The notes: generated from the letters alone by a model not told the origin. A stretch of 64,000 nucleotides of DNA from an uncultured Gammaproteobacteria bacterium (GCA_964344415.1 CAYFMS010000001.1:100214-164213); one strand, 5' to 3'. Positions 36,137-45,798 are shown, counted from the first letter of the stretch. Program-made: numbers and translations.

Positions 36137-38351
36137 GTGGTTTCTTTCTACCCTGATCTTTCTTTGGTGCAAATGGCTTTCTTGGCGGGGTTTTTTGCGC
36201 TTTGGCTTTCATTTCATCGGTATACACATTGCCTTCTGCCTGTTTCATTGAAAGGCTACATCGGTCTCCTTCTTTCGCGATCACTTTAACCTTCACGCTG
36301 TCGCCCATCTTTACTATATCATCGACTTTTGCAACACGCCACGGTGCAAGTTCTGAGATATGTACCATACCATCACGACCTTTCGCGAAGTCAACAATAG
36401 CTCCAAAGTCCATGATGCGCGACACAGTACCGTCAAATTGCTCTCCAACGGTAATTTCACGTGTTAATTCATTGATCCAATCATAGGCGGCTTGTCCCGA
36501 TGCCTGATCCTTCGATGTAATCATGACAAGTCCATCTGATTCGATGTCGATATTTTCAACACCTGTATCCCCAATAATTTTATTGATGATTTTTCCACCC
36601 GGACCAATAACGTCTCCAATCGATTCTGGATTGATATTCAATTTTAGAATACGCGGCGCATATGGTGATAGCTCTGCTCGTGGCTCAGCGATAATGCGTT
36701 CCATATCATCAAGAATGGTTAAACGTCCATTTCTTGCCTGCTTGAGAGCTTCTACAACTATTTCATGGTTAATTCCATGTGTTTTTGTATCCATCTGAAT
36801 TGCCGTGATTCCATTTCGTGTTCCTGTAACTTTAAAGTCCATTCCACCAGGACCATCTTCAAGGTCCTGAATGTCCGTAATCACTTTCCAAGTGTCCTTA
36901 CCACGTGAAGCAAGGCCGATAGCTACTCCTGCAACGGGAGATGCAATCGGAACGCCCGCATCCATAAGGGCAAGTGTCGATCCGCATGTAGATGCCATAG
37001 AACTTGATCCATTTGAATTCATTGTTTCAGACACGACACGAATGGTGTATGGGAAGTCTTCTTTATCCGGAATCATACTTTCTAGTGCCTTTTCAGCGAG
37101 AGCTCCGTGCCCAATTTCACGCCTTCCAGCTCCTCGAAGTGGCTTTGCTTCTCCGACAGAAAATGGAGGGAAATTATAATGATGCATGTATCGCTTTTCC
37201 CCAACCGTTTCCATATTATCGAGCGTTTGCTGATCTCCTGGCGCTCCAAGCGTACATACAGAAAGTACTTGCGTTTCACCGCGGCCGAAGAATCCAGCGC
37301 CATGAACACGCGGCAATAATCCAACTTCTACAGCGAGCGATCGTACTTCCGTCATTCCGCGACCGTCCAATCGGCGATTCTCTTCTAGAATAAGTCGTGA
37401 CGCCTCATTTTGAACGAAATCATAAATAAGCGACGTAGCGAACCCTATATCGCTCTCTTCCATTTCTTGAGATTCTAAATGATCAACAAGACGCTTCTTG
37501 AGTTCATCTTTTGCATCTGATCGCTCACTTTTTGTCGCGAGCGGTTTTGAGAAGAACAGCTCTTCCATTTGAGATGTCATGAAATTCTCTGCAAGTTCTT
37601 TCACCTCTTTTTGGCGGTCGAGCTTTGCCTGATCTTCCTCTGTTTTTGGTGAGAACAAATCCAGTTTTTCCTTTCCGCATTCTGTTCGAATCGTTTCGAT
37701 GATGTCGAGCACAGGTTTCATTTCGGCTCGTCCTCTCTTGAATGCCTCCGCTATAAGCTCTTCATCTGTTTCATTTGCGCGAGCTTCGATCATGACAACA
37801 TTTTCCATTGTTCCGGCTATATCAAGATCAAATGCTGTATCCTTTCGCTGGCTATATGTTGGATTCACAATCCAATTTCCTTCATTGTGACCGATGCGCA
37901 CAGCTCCGATAGGTCCATTCCAAGGAATATCGCTCATATGAAGCGCGCAAGATGCCCCAATAAGTCCGAGGATATCCGGGTCATGCTCTTCATCAAATGA
38001 GAGTGTTGTCACGATTACCTGAACATCTCGACGCATGCGATTATCAAAGAGCGGTCGTAATGCTCGGTCAATAAAGCGTCCAACAAGAACAGCCTCATCG
38101 CTCGGTCGTCCTTCACGTTTAATAAATCGAGATCCTTTAATGCGACCTGCCGCATAAAGCTTCTCTTCATAGTCCACCATCAGGGGGAACCAGCTCATTC
38201 CGGGGCGCTCGCCACCCATGACGGCAGTAACAAGCACGACGGTTTCACCCATTTGCACTGTCACGGCAGCATTTGCTGCTGGTGCGAATTGTCCGGTAGA
38301 AATGGTTAATTCCTTTCCACCAAATGTACATGTGTATTCTTTCTTTTGCAT
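36123..38351 (-). CDS. pnp: polynucleotide phosphorylase
   Basis: Two RNase PH domains plus KH and S1 domains; start at ATG 38351. Confidence 0.95.
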   Translation of the reverse strand: MQKKEYTCTFGGKELTISTGQFAPAANAAVTVQMGETVVLVTAVMGGERPGMSWFPLMVDYEEKLYAAGRIKGSRFIKREGRPSDEAVLVGRFIDRALRPLFDNRMRRDVQVIVTTLSFDEEHDPDILGLIGASCALHMSDIPWNGPIGAVRIGHNEGNWIVNPTYSQRKDTAFDLDIAGTMENVVMIEARANETDEELIAEAFKRGRAEMKPVLDIIETIRTECGKEKLDLFSPKTEEDQAKLDRQKEVKELAENFMTSQMEELFFSKPLATKSERSDAKDELKKRLVDHLESQEMEESDIGFATSLIYDFVQNEASRLILEENRRLDGRGMTEVRSLAVEVGLLPRVHGAGFFGRGETQVLSVCTLGAPGDQQTLDNMETVGEKRYMHHYNFPPFSVGEAKPLRGAGRREIGHGALAEKALESMIPDKEDFPYTIRVVSETMNSNGSSSMASTCGSTLALMDAGVPIASPVAGVAIGLASRGKDTWKVITDIQDLEDGPGGMDFKVTGTRNGITAIQMDTKTHGINHEIVVEALKQARNGRLTILDDMERIIAEPRAELSPYAPRILKLNINPESIGDVIGPGGKIINKIIGDTGVENIDIESDGLVMITSKDQASGQAAYDWINELTREITVGEQFDGTVSRIMDFGAIVDFAKGRDGMVHISELAPWRVAKVDDIVKMGDSVKVKVIAKEGDRCSLSMKQAEGNVYTDEMKAKAQKTPPRKPFAPKKDQGRKKPHAKS

Positions 38352-38399
38352 AAAATATTCAGCCCAAGGCCTAAGACCTCTCAATGTAGATCTCTTCGT

Positions 38400-38480
38400 C
38401 CTGGGCTAATAATGAATTAATAGGATTACTATCCTAAACTTGATCGAGGAATAATCCCAGATCAAGTTCAGAAAGGAATT
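38400..38480 (-). promoter_or_regulatory. two stem-loops in the pnp 5' leader (possible autoregulatory or RNase III processing site)
   Basis: gttcagaa-aggaa-ttctgaac 8-bp stem and cttgatc...gatcaag 7-bp stem between the NYN gene and pnp. Confidence 0.3.
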
Positions 38481-38485
38481 CTGAA

Positions 38486-39118
38486 CTAAAATGTTAACTT
38501 TCTACTTCGTCGCTCTTCAATATCTTCGACGGATTCATCGTCTTTATTTACTTCAATGGGACGAAGGATTTCTTTTGCTTTTTTCGTCTTCGTTGTTCTG
38601 CTATTCGACTTGGATCGGCTATTTGCGATCAAAAACTTCCTTTTGCTTTCTGATAAATTCGTATAGATGTCGGCCGCTTCAACAAGTCGTGTGGATGTAG
38701 ATTCACGAAGAGACATGACATGGACAATGCGTCCGCGCGATTGAACATACTCAACAAGTGGCACAAAATCGCCATCACCAGAAACAAGGACGACAACGTC
38801 GAGCATGTCGAGCATACGAATGACGTCGATTGTTAGACCGACATCCCAATCTCCTTTTTTATTTCCTCCATGATATTCAAGTAATTCTTTTGAGATGACT
38901 TCAATTCCCTCACTTCGCAAAGCATTGAAAAAAGCCTCCTCTGCTCCCTCCTCTGTTGAAATAGTATATGCAAGTGCGCGAATGAGATGTCCATTTTCGC
39001 TACCCGCTTTTACAATATTTGAAAAGTTAACCTTTCGGTTGAAAATATTTCTTGCGCTATAGTACATGTTCTGTACATCGATGAAAACACCGACGCGCCT
39101 ATTTTTTACATTTAACAT
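38486..39118 (-). CDS. NYN-domain (LabA/DUF88-like) protein
   Basis: VGVFIDVQNMYYS...VVLVSGDGDFVPLVEY NYN nuclease-fold motifs. Confidence 0.7.
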   Translation of the reverse strand: MLNVKNRRVGVFIDVQNMYYSARNIFNRKVNFSNIVKAGSENGHLIRALAYTISTEEGAEEAFFNALRSEGIEVISKELLEYHGGNKKGDWDVGLTIDVIRMLDMLDVVVLVSGDGDFVPLVEYVQSRGRIVHVMSLRESTSTRLVEAADIYTNLSESKRKFLIANSRSKSNSRTTKTKKAKEILRPIEVNKDDESVEDIEERRSRKLTF

Positions 39119-39160
39119 AATATAGAAAAAGGAAAACTCGCCTGAGCGAGCTTTCATTGA

Positions 39161-39439
39161 TTAATTCTCTTTTTTAACTCGAAGCTTCAAGTCAGCAACA
39201 ATCTTGTCGAATGCTTTCGCATCTTCGCGCTGCAAATACTTCATGAGTCGTCGTCGTTCAACAACTTTCTTCAGAAGTCCTCGGCGTGAGCTGAAATCTT
39301 TCTTATGACTTCGCAAATGATTTGTGAGGTCTTTGATTTCGGCTGTCAAAATCGCAATCTGTACTTGGGGAGACCCCGTGTCCGTTTCATGCGTTTTGAA
39401 TTTATTGATAATGTTCTGCTTCTGTCTTTTTGTGAGCAT
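39161..39439 (-). CDS. rpsO: 30S ribosomal protein S15
   Basis: GSPQVQIAILTAEIKDLTNHLRSHKKDFSSRRGLLK S15 signature. Confidence 0.95.
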   Translation of the reverse strand: MLTKRQKQNIINKFKTHETDTGSPQVQIAILTAEIKDLTNHLRSHKKDFSSRRGLLKKVVERRRLMKYLQREDAKAFDKIVADLKLRVKKEN

Positions 39440-39560
39440 AGTTTTTATTCTAGCGATTGTCTTAGCAATGCATGCTCATTCGCATAGCCATGGCAATCGT
39501 GTTAATTACAGGGTCAAAATAGCTCATTTGTCTGTTTTTGTCAATAAAATACCGCCTATA

Positions 39561-39593
39561 AAAAAAGAAGACCGTCAGCGAGTGCTGACGGTC
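39561..39593 (-). terminator. Rho-independent terminator (minus strand)
   Basis: gaccgtcagc-gagt-gctgacggtc perfect 10-bp stem followed on the minus strand by cuucuuuuuuu. Confidence 0.7.
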
Positions 39594-39861
39594 AACGTGT
39601 AGATCAGAATGCGAACAAAACGAATCGCATTCGGGGGTCCGCGTGCCCAATTCATCTCTTCCTCCTTGGTCACCGCGCGGCCTCATGCAGCGCGGTGTCT
39701 AGGGGTCGCCGTCGGTGCTGTTTCAGCGATAATCACTGGTGGACGCGTGCAGGTGAATCAAGGTTCACCTCCCATTTTTGAATGTTTTTCCCTATGTCGC
39801 GACCCCTCAACTATATGAGGCCTGACATTCTCGACTTCGGGCTTTCACTGTCGAGGCACGC
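39594..39861 (-). ncRNA. candidate ~290-nt structured ncRNA of unknown class
   Basis: Has its own promoter and terminator. A 7-bp closing helix GCGUGCC/GGCACGC, at least six internal perfect 6-10-bp helices, and a long-range GGGGUCGC/GCGACCCC pairing. GC ~57%. Confidence 0.4.
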
Positions 39862-39890
39862 AATGTAACACAAATTTCAGTATTTGTCAA
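39862..39890 (-). promoter_or_regulatory. sigma70-like promoter (TTGACA-17-TACATT) on the minus strand
   Basis: Minus-strand TTGACA corresponds to 39885-39890 and TACATT to 39862-39867. Confidence 0.45.
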
Positions 39891-40160
39891 GAGCATGCAC
39901 GGTATATTTGGCTAATATTAGGTAAAAAAAGAACGCCCGAAGGCGTAGAGTGGATGCATGATTCGTCGAGAGTAGGATCAGGAGATGTTTTCGACGGAAT
40001 GACCATCATCGGTCAACTTGCCGCCGTCACACAGGGATCCTCTTTCGCCGATTTGCTTCGAAATGACGTCGATATTCATGACGTACTCCTTTGTTGTCAT
40101 GTGCTGTGAGTATAGGTTGAAAGACCTCTTTCGTAAAGAAGTGTCGTATAATGTATATGT

Positions 40161-41075
40161 ATGGCGCAAAATCAGTTAGGGAAACTTATAAAACAATTTC
40201 TGGAATACCTCGAAATCGAACGTGGCCGCAGTATGCGTACGGTCAGAAATTATCACTTTTATTTAAATAGATTCGCTGAATTTGCCGGACATCCGCACCC
40301 GTCAAAGATTTCGCAGGACATCGTTCGGAAATTTCGTTTATTTTTGAATAGGGATTTAGAAGGTCGTGACGATGTAAATTTAAAAAAGTCTACGCAGAAT
40401 TATCATTTGATCGCACTTCGTTCATTTTTAAAATATTTGCAAAAAATTGATATCAAAACACTTGCGCCCGAAAAAATAGAGCTTGCAAAGCATGGGACGA
40501 GGCAGGTTGAGGTTCTTGATGAGGATGAACTCGATCGTTTACGGGAAGCTCCACTTGAATCGGGTGGGATCATCGGTAAAAGAGATAAGGCAATAATTGA
40601 AATGCTCTTTTCGACAGGTTTGCGTGTTTCTGAGCTTGCGAATTTAAAAATCGATGACGTCAACCTAAAAAAAGATGAATTTACCGTTCGGGGTAAAGGG
40701 TCGAAGCATAGAGTTGTTTTTCTTTCTGATCAGGCGAAAAAATCGGTCAAAGAGTACCTTGAAGCGCGAAAGGATATGTCACCACATTTATTTGTGAGCC
40801 ATGATCGAGCAAAAAAGCATCGCGAACCCCTTCCCCTTTCAGCGCGCAGCGTTCAGCGTGTTATTGAAAGAGCTGCGTCTATTGCAGGAATTACAAAGAA
40901 AGTGACGCCGCATGTGCTGCGACATACATTCGCAACGGATTTACTGCATAATGGAGCTGATATTCGAAGCGTGCAGTCTATGCTTGGCCATGAATCGATT
41001 ACGACGACACAGGTGTATACGCATGTAACCGATAAACAGCTGCATGAAATTCATAAAAAGTTTCATGATAGGTAG
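40161..41075 (+). CDS. xerC: tyrosine recombinase XerC/XerD family
   Basis: C-terminal HVLRHTFATDLLHNGADIRSVQSMLGHESITTTQVYTHV with the RHRY catalytic residues. Confidence 0.8.
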   Translation: MAQNQLGKLIKQFLEYLEIERGRSMRTVRNYHFYLNRFAEFAGHPHPSKISQDIVRKFRLFLNRDLEGRDDVNLKKSTQNYHLIALRSFLKYLQKIDIKTLAPEKIELAKHGTRQVEVLDEDELDRLREAPLESGGIIGKRDKAIIEMLFSTGLRVSELANLKIDDVNLKKDEFTVRGKGSKHRVVFLSDQAKKSVKEYLEARKDMSPHLFVSHDRAKKHREPLPLSARSVQRVIERAASIAGITKKVTPHVLRHTFATDLLHNGADIRSVQSMLGHESITTTQVYTHVTDKQLHEIHKKFHDR

Positions 41076-41174
41076 GCTGATCATCAGATCATCTTCGATA
41101 TTTCCGACTTCTGAAGCGATCAACTCATAAGTCGGTTATATAAAATACCCCAGTCTTCAGACTGAGGCATTTTA

Positions 41175-41250
41175 TGGGGCGGCTAACGGGAATCGAACCC
41201 GTAATAGAGGTACCACAAACCCCTGTGATAACCGTTTCACCATAGCCGCC
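41175..41250 (-). tRNA. tRNA-His (GTG) with encoded G-1 and CCA
   Basis: Hand-folded: G-1 pairs with discriminator C; acceptor GCGGCTA/TAGCCGC; anticodon loop TTGTGGT; T-arm CGGGTTCGATTCCCG. Confidence 0.85.
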
Positions 41251-41251
41251 A

Positions 41252-41328
41252 TGGTACGCCCGGTAGGACTCGAACCCACAACCTAATGGTTAGAACCCAT
41301 CCGCTCTGTCCAGTTGAGCTACGGGCGC
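41252..41328 (-). tRNA. tRNA-Arg (TCT)
   Basis: Hand-folded: acceptor GCGCCCG/CGGGCGT (G1-U72 wobble), anticodon loop GTTCTAA, T-arm GTGGG-TTCGAGT-CCTAC, CCA encoded. Only 1 nt separates it from tRNA-His. Confidence 0.75.
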
Positions 41329-41477
41329 GTACTATTGGGTCTAATTGTAGCGCGATAGTAGCGCATTTTTTGTTTATTTGCAAGGTGTGATCCCAGCTAT
41401 GCATAAACACTTGACGTTTTTGGTATTTTCTGGCACTATACGCCGCGTTGTCTTGAAATATATGGATTCGTTCATGT

Positions 41478-42509
41478 ATGGAAAGGCATATCGTACCCTT
41501 TGAAGGCATTGTGCCGGAAAAGGTTTCACACTCGAGGCCTAGCGGCCTCATGGAGACATACAATATGTTTACTTCTTCGCTCATCCCCTCGTTCACGATG
41601 GATGTCAATTCGGGTAACTTCAAGGTGATCAGTGACGCTCTGCCGCAGATCGTTCCGCAGCCCGGCGCTTTGCGTCGGATCGCGTTCGACATCGACAAGG
41701 GCCGGCTCTCCCTCACCGAGCTCGAGGCTCCGAAGGCGGATGGGATGCTCGACGTGATCAACGTCGTCGAACTCGGCATCACCGACGATCAGAAGCGGGT
41801 CTTCATCGTGACGACGCAGACCGGCAACCTGATTCAGGGCGACAAGTTCGTCGACAATGCCGCCAAGCTGTCGCTGCAGAAGCTCGCGACCGGTTGCGCG
41901 GCGATGATGGATGGTGCCGACCTGAACATCGGCATCAACGTGAACACCGAAGCGATGAAGCTGATCGGTCGTCAGAGCGGAACGCGCCTCGACGCCATCG
42001 GCAACAACTGGTCGAGCTTCATGCTGACCGTCGACCTCGGCACCGGACAGATCGTCGACTTCGAGAACATGGGACACATGTCGGTGATGAAGGACTTCGT
42101 GACCGACGACTTCACCATCCTCGACGGGCTGCGCTTCCAGAAGGTGACGAACGACGAGATCCTCGCCGCCATCGACAATGGCCGCGACCTCATCGACCTG
42201 TTCGATGAGAACCGGTTCGTGAAGATCAACGACGATGTGCCGCACATGCTCATGCGCGGCATCGACGGCAAGGTCCTGACCACCGACGGTCTCGGAACCA
42301 CGGTGTTCAAGTGGGACGATGCGTCCGGCGACTTCCAGACCGGGAATGTCGACGGAATCCTGCACTCGGCGCTCGACGTCGACGGCATGATCGACAACAA
42401 CAGGTTCGTGAAGATCGAGGGCAGCCCCTACGACAACACGCTGCAGTCGATCCCGCTCGGCTTCGACGAACTGCCGGTCGACGCGAAGAACCAGTTCTCG
42501 CAGGCCTAG
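41478..42509 (+). CDS. hypothetical protein, GC-rich orphan (~58% GC) with internal repeats
   Basis: 343-aa ORF with repeated DENRFVKINDDV / DNNRFVKIEGS / DGILHSALDVDGMID motifs. No signal peptide. Many overlapping spurious ORFs on both strands are typical of high GC. Confidence 0.55.
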   Translation: MERHIVPFEGIVPEKVSHSRPSGLMETYNMFTSSLIPSFTMDVNSGNFKVISDALPQIVPQPGALRRIAFDIDKGRLSLTELEAPKADGMLDVINVVELGITDDQKRVFIVTTQTGNLIQGDKFVDNAAKLSLQKLATGCAAMMDGADLNIGINVNTEAMKLIGRQSGTRLDAIGNNWSSFMLTVDLGTGQIVDFENMGHMSVMKDFVTDDFTILDGLRFQKVTNDEILAAIDNGRDLIDLFDENRFVKINDDVPHMLMRGIDGKVLTTDGLGTTVFKWDDASGDFQTGNVDGILHSALDVDGMIDNNRFVKIEGSPYDNTLQSIPLGFDELPVDAKNQFSQA

Positions 42510-42595
42510 GTCTGCGTCCCGGAACAATGAACATCTCGTACACCTAGCGACTTCCATCGCTATGGATGAGTCAATGGTGTTCAAATGTTCCCTCT

Positions 42596-42634
42596 CTGCT
42601 CCCCCATTGCTTCGGCAGTGGCGGGAGCTTTTTT
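42596..42634 (+). terminator. Rho-independent terminator
   Basis: gctcccccattgc ... gcagtggcgggagc imperfect stem followed by T6. Confidence 0.5.
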
Positions 42635-42995
42635 GTATTGACATGTTTGCATTTTTACGGTATGAATGATCTATCTAGTTGTGAGAGAGGGTGTGCGCCT
42701 CCTTAAAATTCACAATGCGATCCCCTCTTCCATCTCCCACGAGATGCATAATCGTATTGTGGCGGTAGATATACCGTATGCAGTGGCTTTGGTGCTGGTG
42801 CATTGGCTACCTCGAATCTGTCAGACGAGGCGTGGTGGAACCAGCCTGACATGGTAAGGTAGCGATATCGTTGGTCACGTGATAACCAGGCGCGCCCGGG
42901 ACGCTTTCCTGCGCTCGAGCGTCTCGGGCGCGCTTCACTCATCGCCAATCGGCGATTCTTTTTTTATTTTGCTAAAAAACGTAAGATGAAGGCGT

Positions 42996-45500
42996 ATGAA
43001 AAAAGATCTCTTTCTTGTTCTCGATGGAAATGCATTACTTCACCGTGCTTGGCATGCCATTCCACCCCTTACAACGGCCGATGGACGTGTTGTAAATGCT
43101 GTTTATGGCTTCACAAATGTCATTGAAAAAATGCTCGACAAATATCAGCCAAATTATATGGCGGTGGCTTGGGATTTACCGGGGAAAACATTCCGTCATG
43201 ATGCTTATGCTGATTACAAAGGGACAAGAAAGAAAAAAGAGCCTGAACTTTATGATCAAATCCCCATGATTCAGGAAGTGCTTGATGGTTATGGCATCCC
43301 CTCTCTTTCTGCGGAAGGTATGGAGGCAGACGATGTGATTGGAACGCTTGCAAGTATCTATGGGCCGATGAAGGAAACAAAAATGCTCATCGTGACAGGA
43401 GATTTAGATGCTTTGCAGCTCGTGAACAAAGATGTAGCGGTTCTTATTTTTGTGAAAGGTCTTTCTCAGACGAAGATTTATGACGAGAAAGCAGTGAAAG
43501 ATCGATATGAATTGCGTCCGGATCAGTTGATTGATTTGAAAGCGCTCATGGGCGATTCATCTGACAATATTCCTGGTATTGCGGGTGTTGGCCAGAAGAC
43601 GGCAACGGAGCTTCTTAAGGAGCATGGGTCTATTGATGAAATATTTAGGGCAATTGAGGACGGTATTGTTCCGGAAAAATTTGCAAAAAAATTCCGGGGG
43701 AAAGAAGATGAAGTGAAAGCAATGACGCATCTTGTGACCATTGTTAGGGATATTGATTTGGGTGGATTCAAAGCGGAAGATGCGACCATGTCAGAACCAG
43801 ATTCAAAAAAATTAACAGCATTATTTAAAGATTTAGAATTTAAAACGCTTCTTTTCAAATATCAGGATGAAAAGAAGGATGCACCGAGTGCCAAAACGGT
43901 TAAGCGTGGCATGATTGAGGGCAAAATTGGTGGGAATACGGCATATGTCCACCTTGCAGAAGAAGATATTACTCTATTTGATGGGTCCGTGTATCAAAAA
44001 GTGGATGAAGCAGAAGCGAAAACTATTTTGAAAGGGAAGAAAAAAATCATCGGTCATAATTTGAAACAAGCCATGCATCAATTGGATATGGTTTTTGATG
44101 CAGATCTCTTCGATGTCATGGTTGCAGGTTATCTCATTGATTCTTCTATGCGCGATTTAAGCTTGGAAGCTCTTGCAGATTCATATTTGAGCAAGTCTAT
44201 TGAAGCATTCGATAGCGAGCTCGCGGCTCTTTCTGAATTGCATAAAGTCTTTGAGGATAGAATGAAAGAAGATGGACTTGAAAAGGTGATGTATGAGATT
44301 GAAATGCCCGTATTGCCTGTTCTGTATCGCATGGAAAAAGCAGGAATAGCCACGGACAAGGCGCATCTTGATCATCTATCTAAAACATTCAATGAGCAGC
44401 TGCAATCGCTTACAAAGCGTATCCACAAACTTGCAGGGCGAGATTTCAATATTAACTCCCCTTCCCAACTTGCTGAGATTCTGTTCGAAGACTTGGGACT
44501 TTCAACAAAGCGAATTAAAAAAACAAAAACAGGTTTTTCAACGGCTGCTTCTGAATTAGAAAAGATGTGGGATACACATGAGATCGTTCCTCTTATTAGC
44601 GAATATCGTGAGCTTGCGAAGCTTAAATCAACCTATGCGGACGCATTGCCGAAATTGATTCAGGATGATGGGAGAATTCATACGAGTTTCAATCAAACGG
44701 TTGCAGCAACGGGACGTTTATCATCTTCTGACCCAAATTTGCAGAATATTCCAATACGAACAGACCTTGGTAATGAAATCCGACGTGCCTTTATTGCGCC
44801 GAAGGGCAAGGTGCTTCTTGCAGCCGACTATTCCCAGTTCGAACTTCGTTTAGCAGCCGATATTTCGCGTGATAAAGAGCTGCTCGATGCTTTTAAGGAC
44901 GGAGCTGACATTCATACGAGAACGGCGGCTAAAATTTTCGGGAAAGGTGATGATGAAGTCACGCGTAATGATCGTCGTATGGCAAAGGCTGTTAATTTTG
45001 GGATTTTATATGGCATGGGATCGCGCAGCCTTGGGAAATCTGTCGGTATAAAACAGACAGAAGCTAAGGAATTTATTGAACGTTACTTTGAATTGCATCC
45101 CGGATTGCGTAGTTACATGGACGAAATGAAGTTGAAGGCTCATGCAAATGAATATATTGAAACGGAATTTGGTCGACGAAGGTATTTACCAGATATTAAT
45201 TCAGGCGTGCAAATGCTTGTTGCGGCTGCAGAACGCATGGCAATTAATATGCCAATTCAAGGGACGCAGGCTGACCTTGTAAAAATGGCGATGATTCAAG
45301 TGCAGGAATGGATTGATAAAAATGAGATACCAGTCAAAATGCTTTTACAGGTTCATGATGAGCTTGTATTTGAAATCGATGCAGAACATGCTGATGCCGT
45401 AATGAAGCAGATTGTTAATATTATGGAATCTGTTTGGGATGGAGAGGTTCCGTTGATTGTGAATGCAAATCTTGGTGATAATTGGGGTGATTTGAAATAA
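42996..45500 (+). CDS. polA: DNA polymerase I
   Basis: 5'-3' exonuclease N-terminus, family-A polymerase motifs (DYSQFELR; RRMAKAVNFGILYG; QVHDELVFE). Confidence 0.95.
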   Translation: MKKDLFLVLDGNALLHRAWHAIPPLTTADGRVVNAVYGFTNVIEKMLDKYQPNYMAVAWDLPGKTFRHDAYADYKGTRKKKEPELYDQIPMIQEVLDGYGIPSLSAEGMEADDVIGTLASIYGPMKETKMLIVTGDLDALQLVNKDVAVLIFVKGLSQTKIYDEKAVKDRYELRPDQLIDLKALMGDSSDNIPGIAGVGQKTATELLKEHGSIDEIFRAIEDGIVPEKFAKKFRGKEDEVKAMTHLVTIVRDIDLGGFKAEDATMSEPDSKKLTALFKDLEFKTLLFKYQDEKKDAPSAKTVKRGMIEGKIGGNTAYVHLAEEDITLFDGSVYQKVDEAEAKTILKGKKKIIGHNLKQAMHQLDMVFDADLFDVMVAGYLIDSSMRDLSLEALADSYLSKSIEAFDSELAALSELHKVFEDRMKEDGLEKVMYEIEMPVLPVLYRMEKAGIATDKAHLDHLSKTFNEQLQSLTKRIHKLAGRDFNINSPSQLAEILFEDLGLSTKRIKKTKTGFSTAASELEKMWDTHEIVPLISEYRELAKLKSTYADALPKLIQDDGRIHTSFNQTVAATGRLSSSDPNLQNIPIRTDLGNEIRRAFIAPKGKVLLAADYSQFELRLAADISRDKELLDAFKDGADIHTRTAAKIFGKGDDEVTRNDRRMAKAVNFGILYGMGSRSLGKSVGIKQTEAKEFIERYFELHPGLRSYMDEMKLKAHANEYIETEFGRRRYLPDINSGVQMLVAAAERMAINMPIQGTQADLVKMAMIQVQEWIDKNEIPVKMLLQVHDELVFEIDAEHADAVMKQIVNIMESVWDGEVPLIVNANLGDNWGDLK

Positions 45501-45549
45501 AAAAAACCGCAGCAGATGCCGCGGTAAGTGAGACCTTGGTGCTGAACGA

Positions 45550-45798
45550 TCAGATCTTTTTCACCTTCGCATTGAAATCTTGACGAAGGGTGCTTATGGC
45601 TCTTTCATTTGGAACATGGGCCTGAATGGTAATATCACGGTTGATGCGAGTATCTCCGAATGACTGATTCATCGCTTCGCGAATCATCGAGTCATGACCC
45701 TCGACTGGCGTGAAGAGCTGCCCCCTTTTCGAATCAATCCTGAGGGCCTCCCCCTTTGTGATGCCCTTGTTCAAGTGAATTTCTACAAGGATGCGCAT
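45550..45798 (-). CDS. small hypothetical protein (82 aa)
   Basis: Start at ATG 45798 with GGAGG SD 7 nt upstream. Confidence 0.45.
   Translation of the reverse strand: MRILVEIHLNKGITKGEALRIDSKRGQLFTPVEGHDSMIREAMNQSFGDTRINRDITIQAHVPNERAISTLRQDFNAKVKKI

Noticed and set aside
39462-39686. 74-aa minus-strand ORF.
   Set aside because: It reads straight through the strong terminator hairpin and into the rpsO promoter. It is in a different frame from the SD-led 26-codon ORF. It is most likely not coding.
39561-39861. Assigning the structured RNA at 39.6 kb, or the one at 34.6 kb, as RNase P RNA or tmRNA.
   Set aside because: Only partial matches were found: a CR-I-like GAAUGUCAGGCCUC, a CR-II-like AGGGUAGAGUGGGGUG, and no tRNA-like CCA end or tag ORF for tmRNA. 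This is insufficient without a covariance-model search, so both are reported only as unclassified candidates.
40161-41075. Calling the tyrosine recombinase a phage/ICE integrase and the segment 39.6-41.2 kb a mobile element.
   Set aside because: The protein has the full XerC/XerD signature and host-like composition. No att direct repeat of the tRNA 3' end was found. This was kept as a hypothesis in findings rather than annotated as a mobile element.
41526-42644. 372-aa minus-strand ORF and other overlapping ORFs across the GC-rich orphan gene.
   Set aside because: It is Arg/His/Val-rich low-complexity, antisense to the plus-strand ORF. The plus-strand ORF has the internally consistent repeat structure. 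The overlap is a high-GC artefact.
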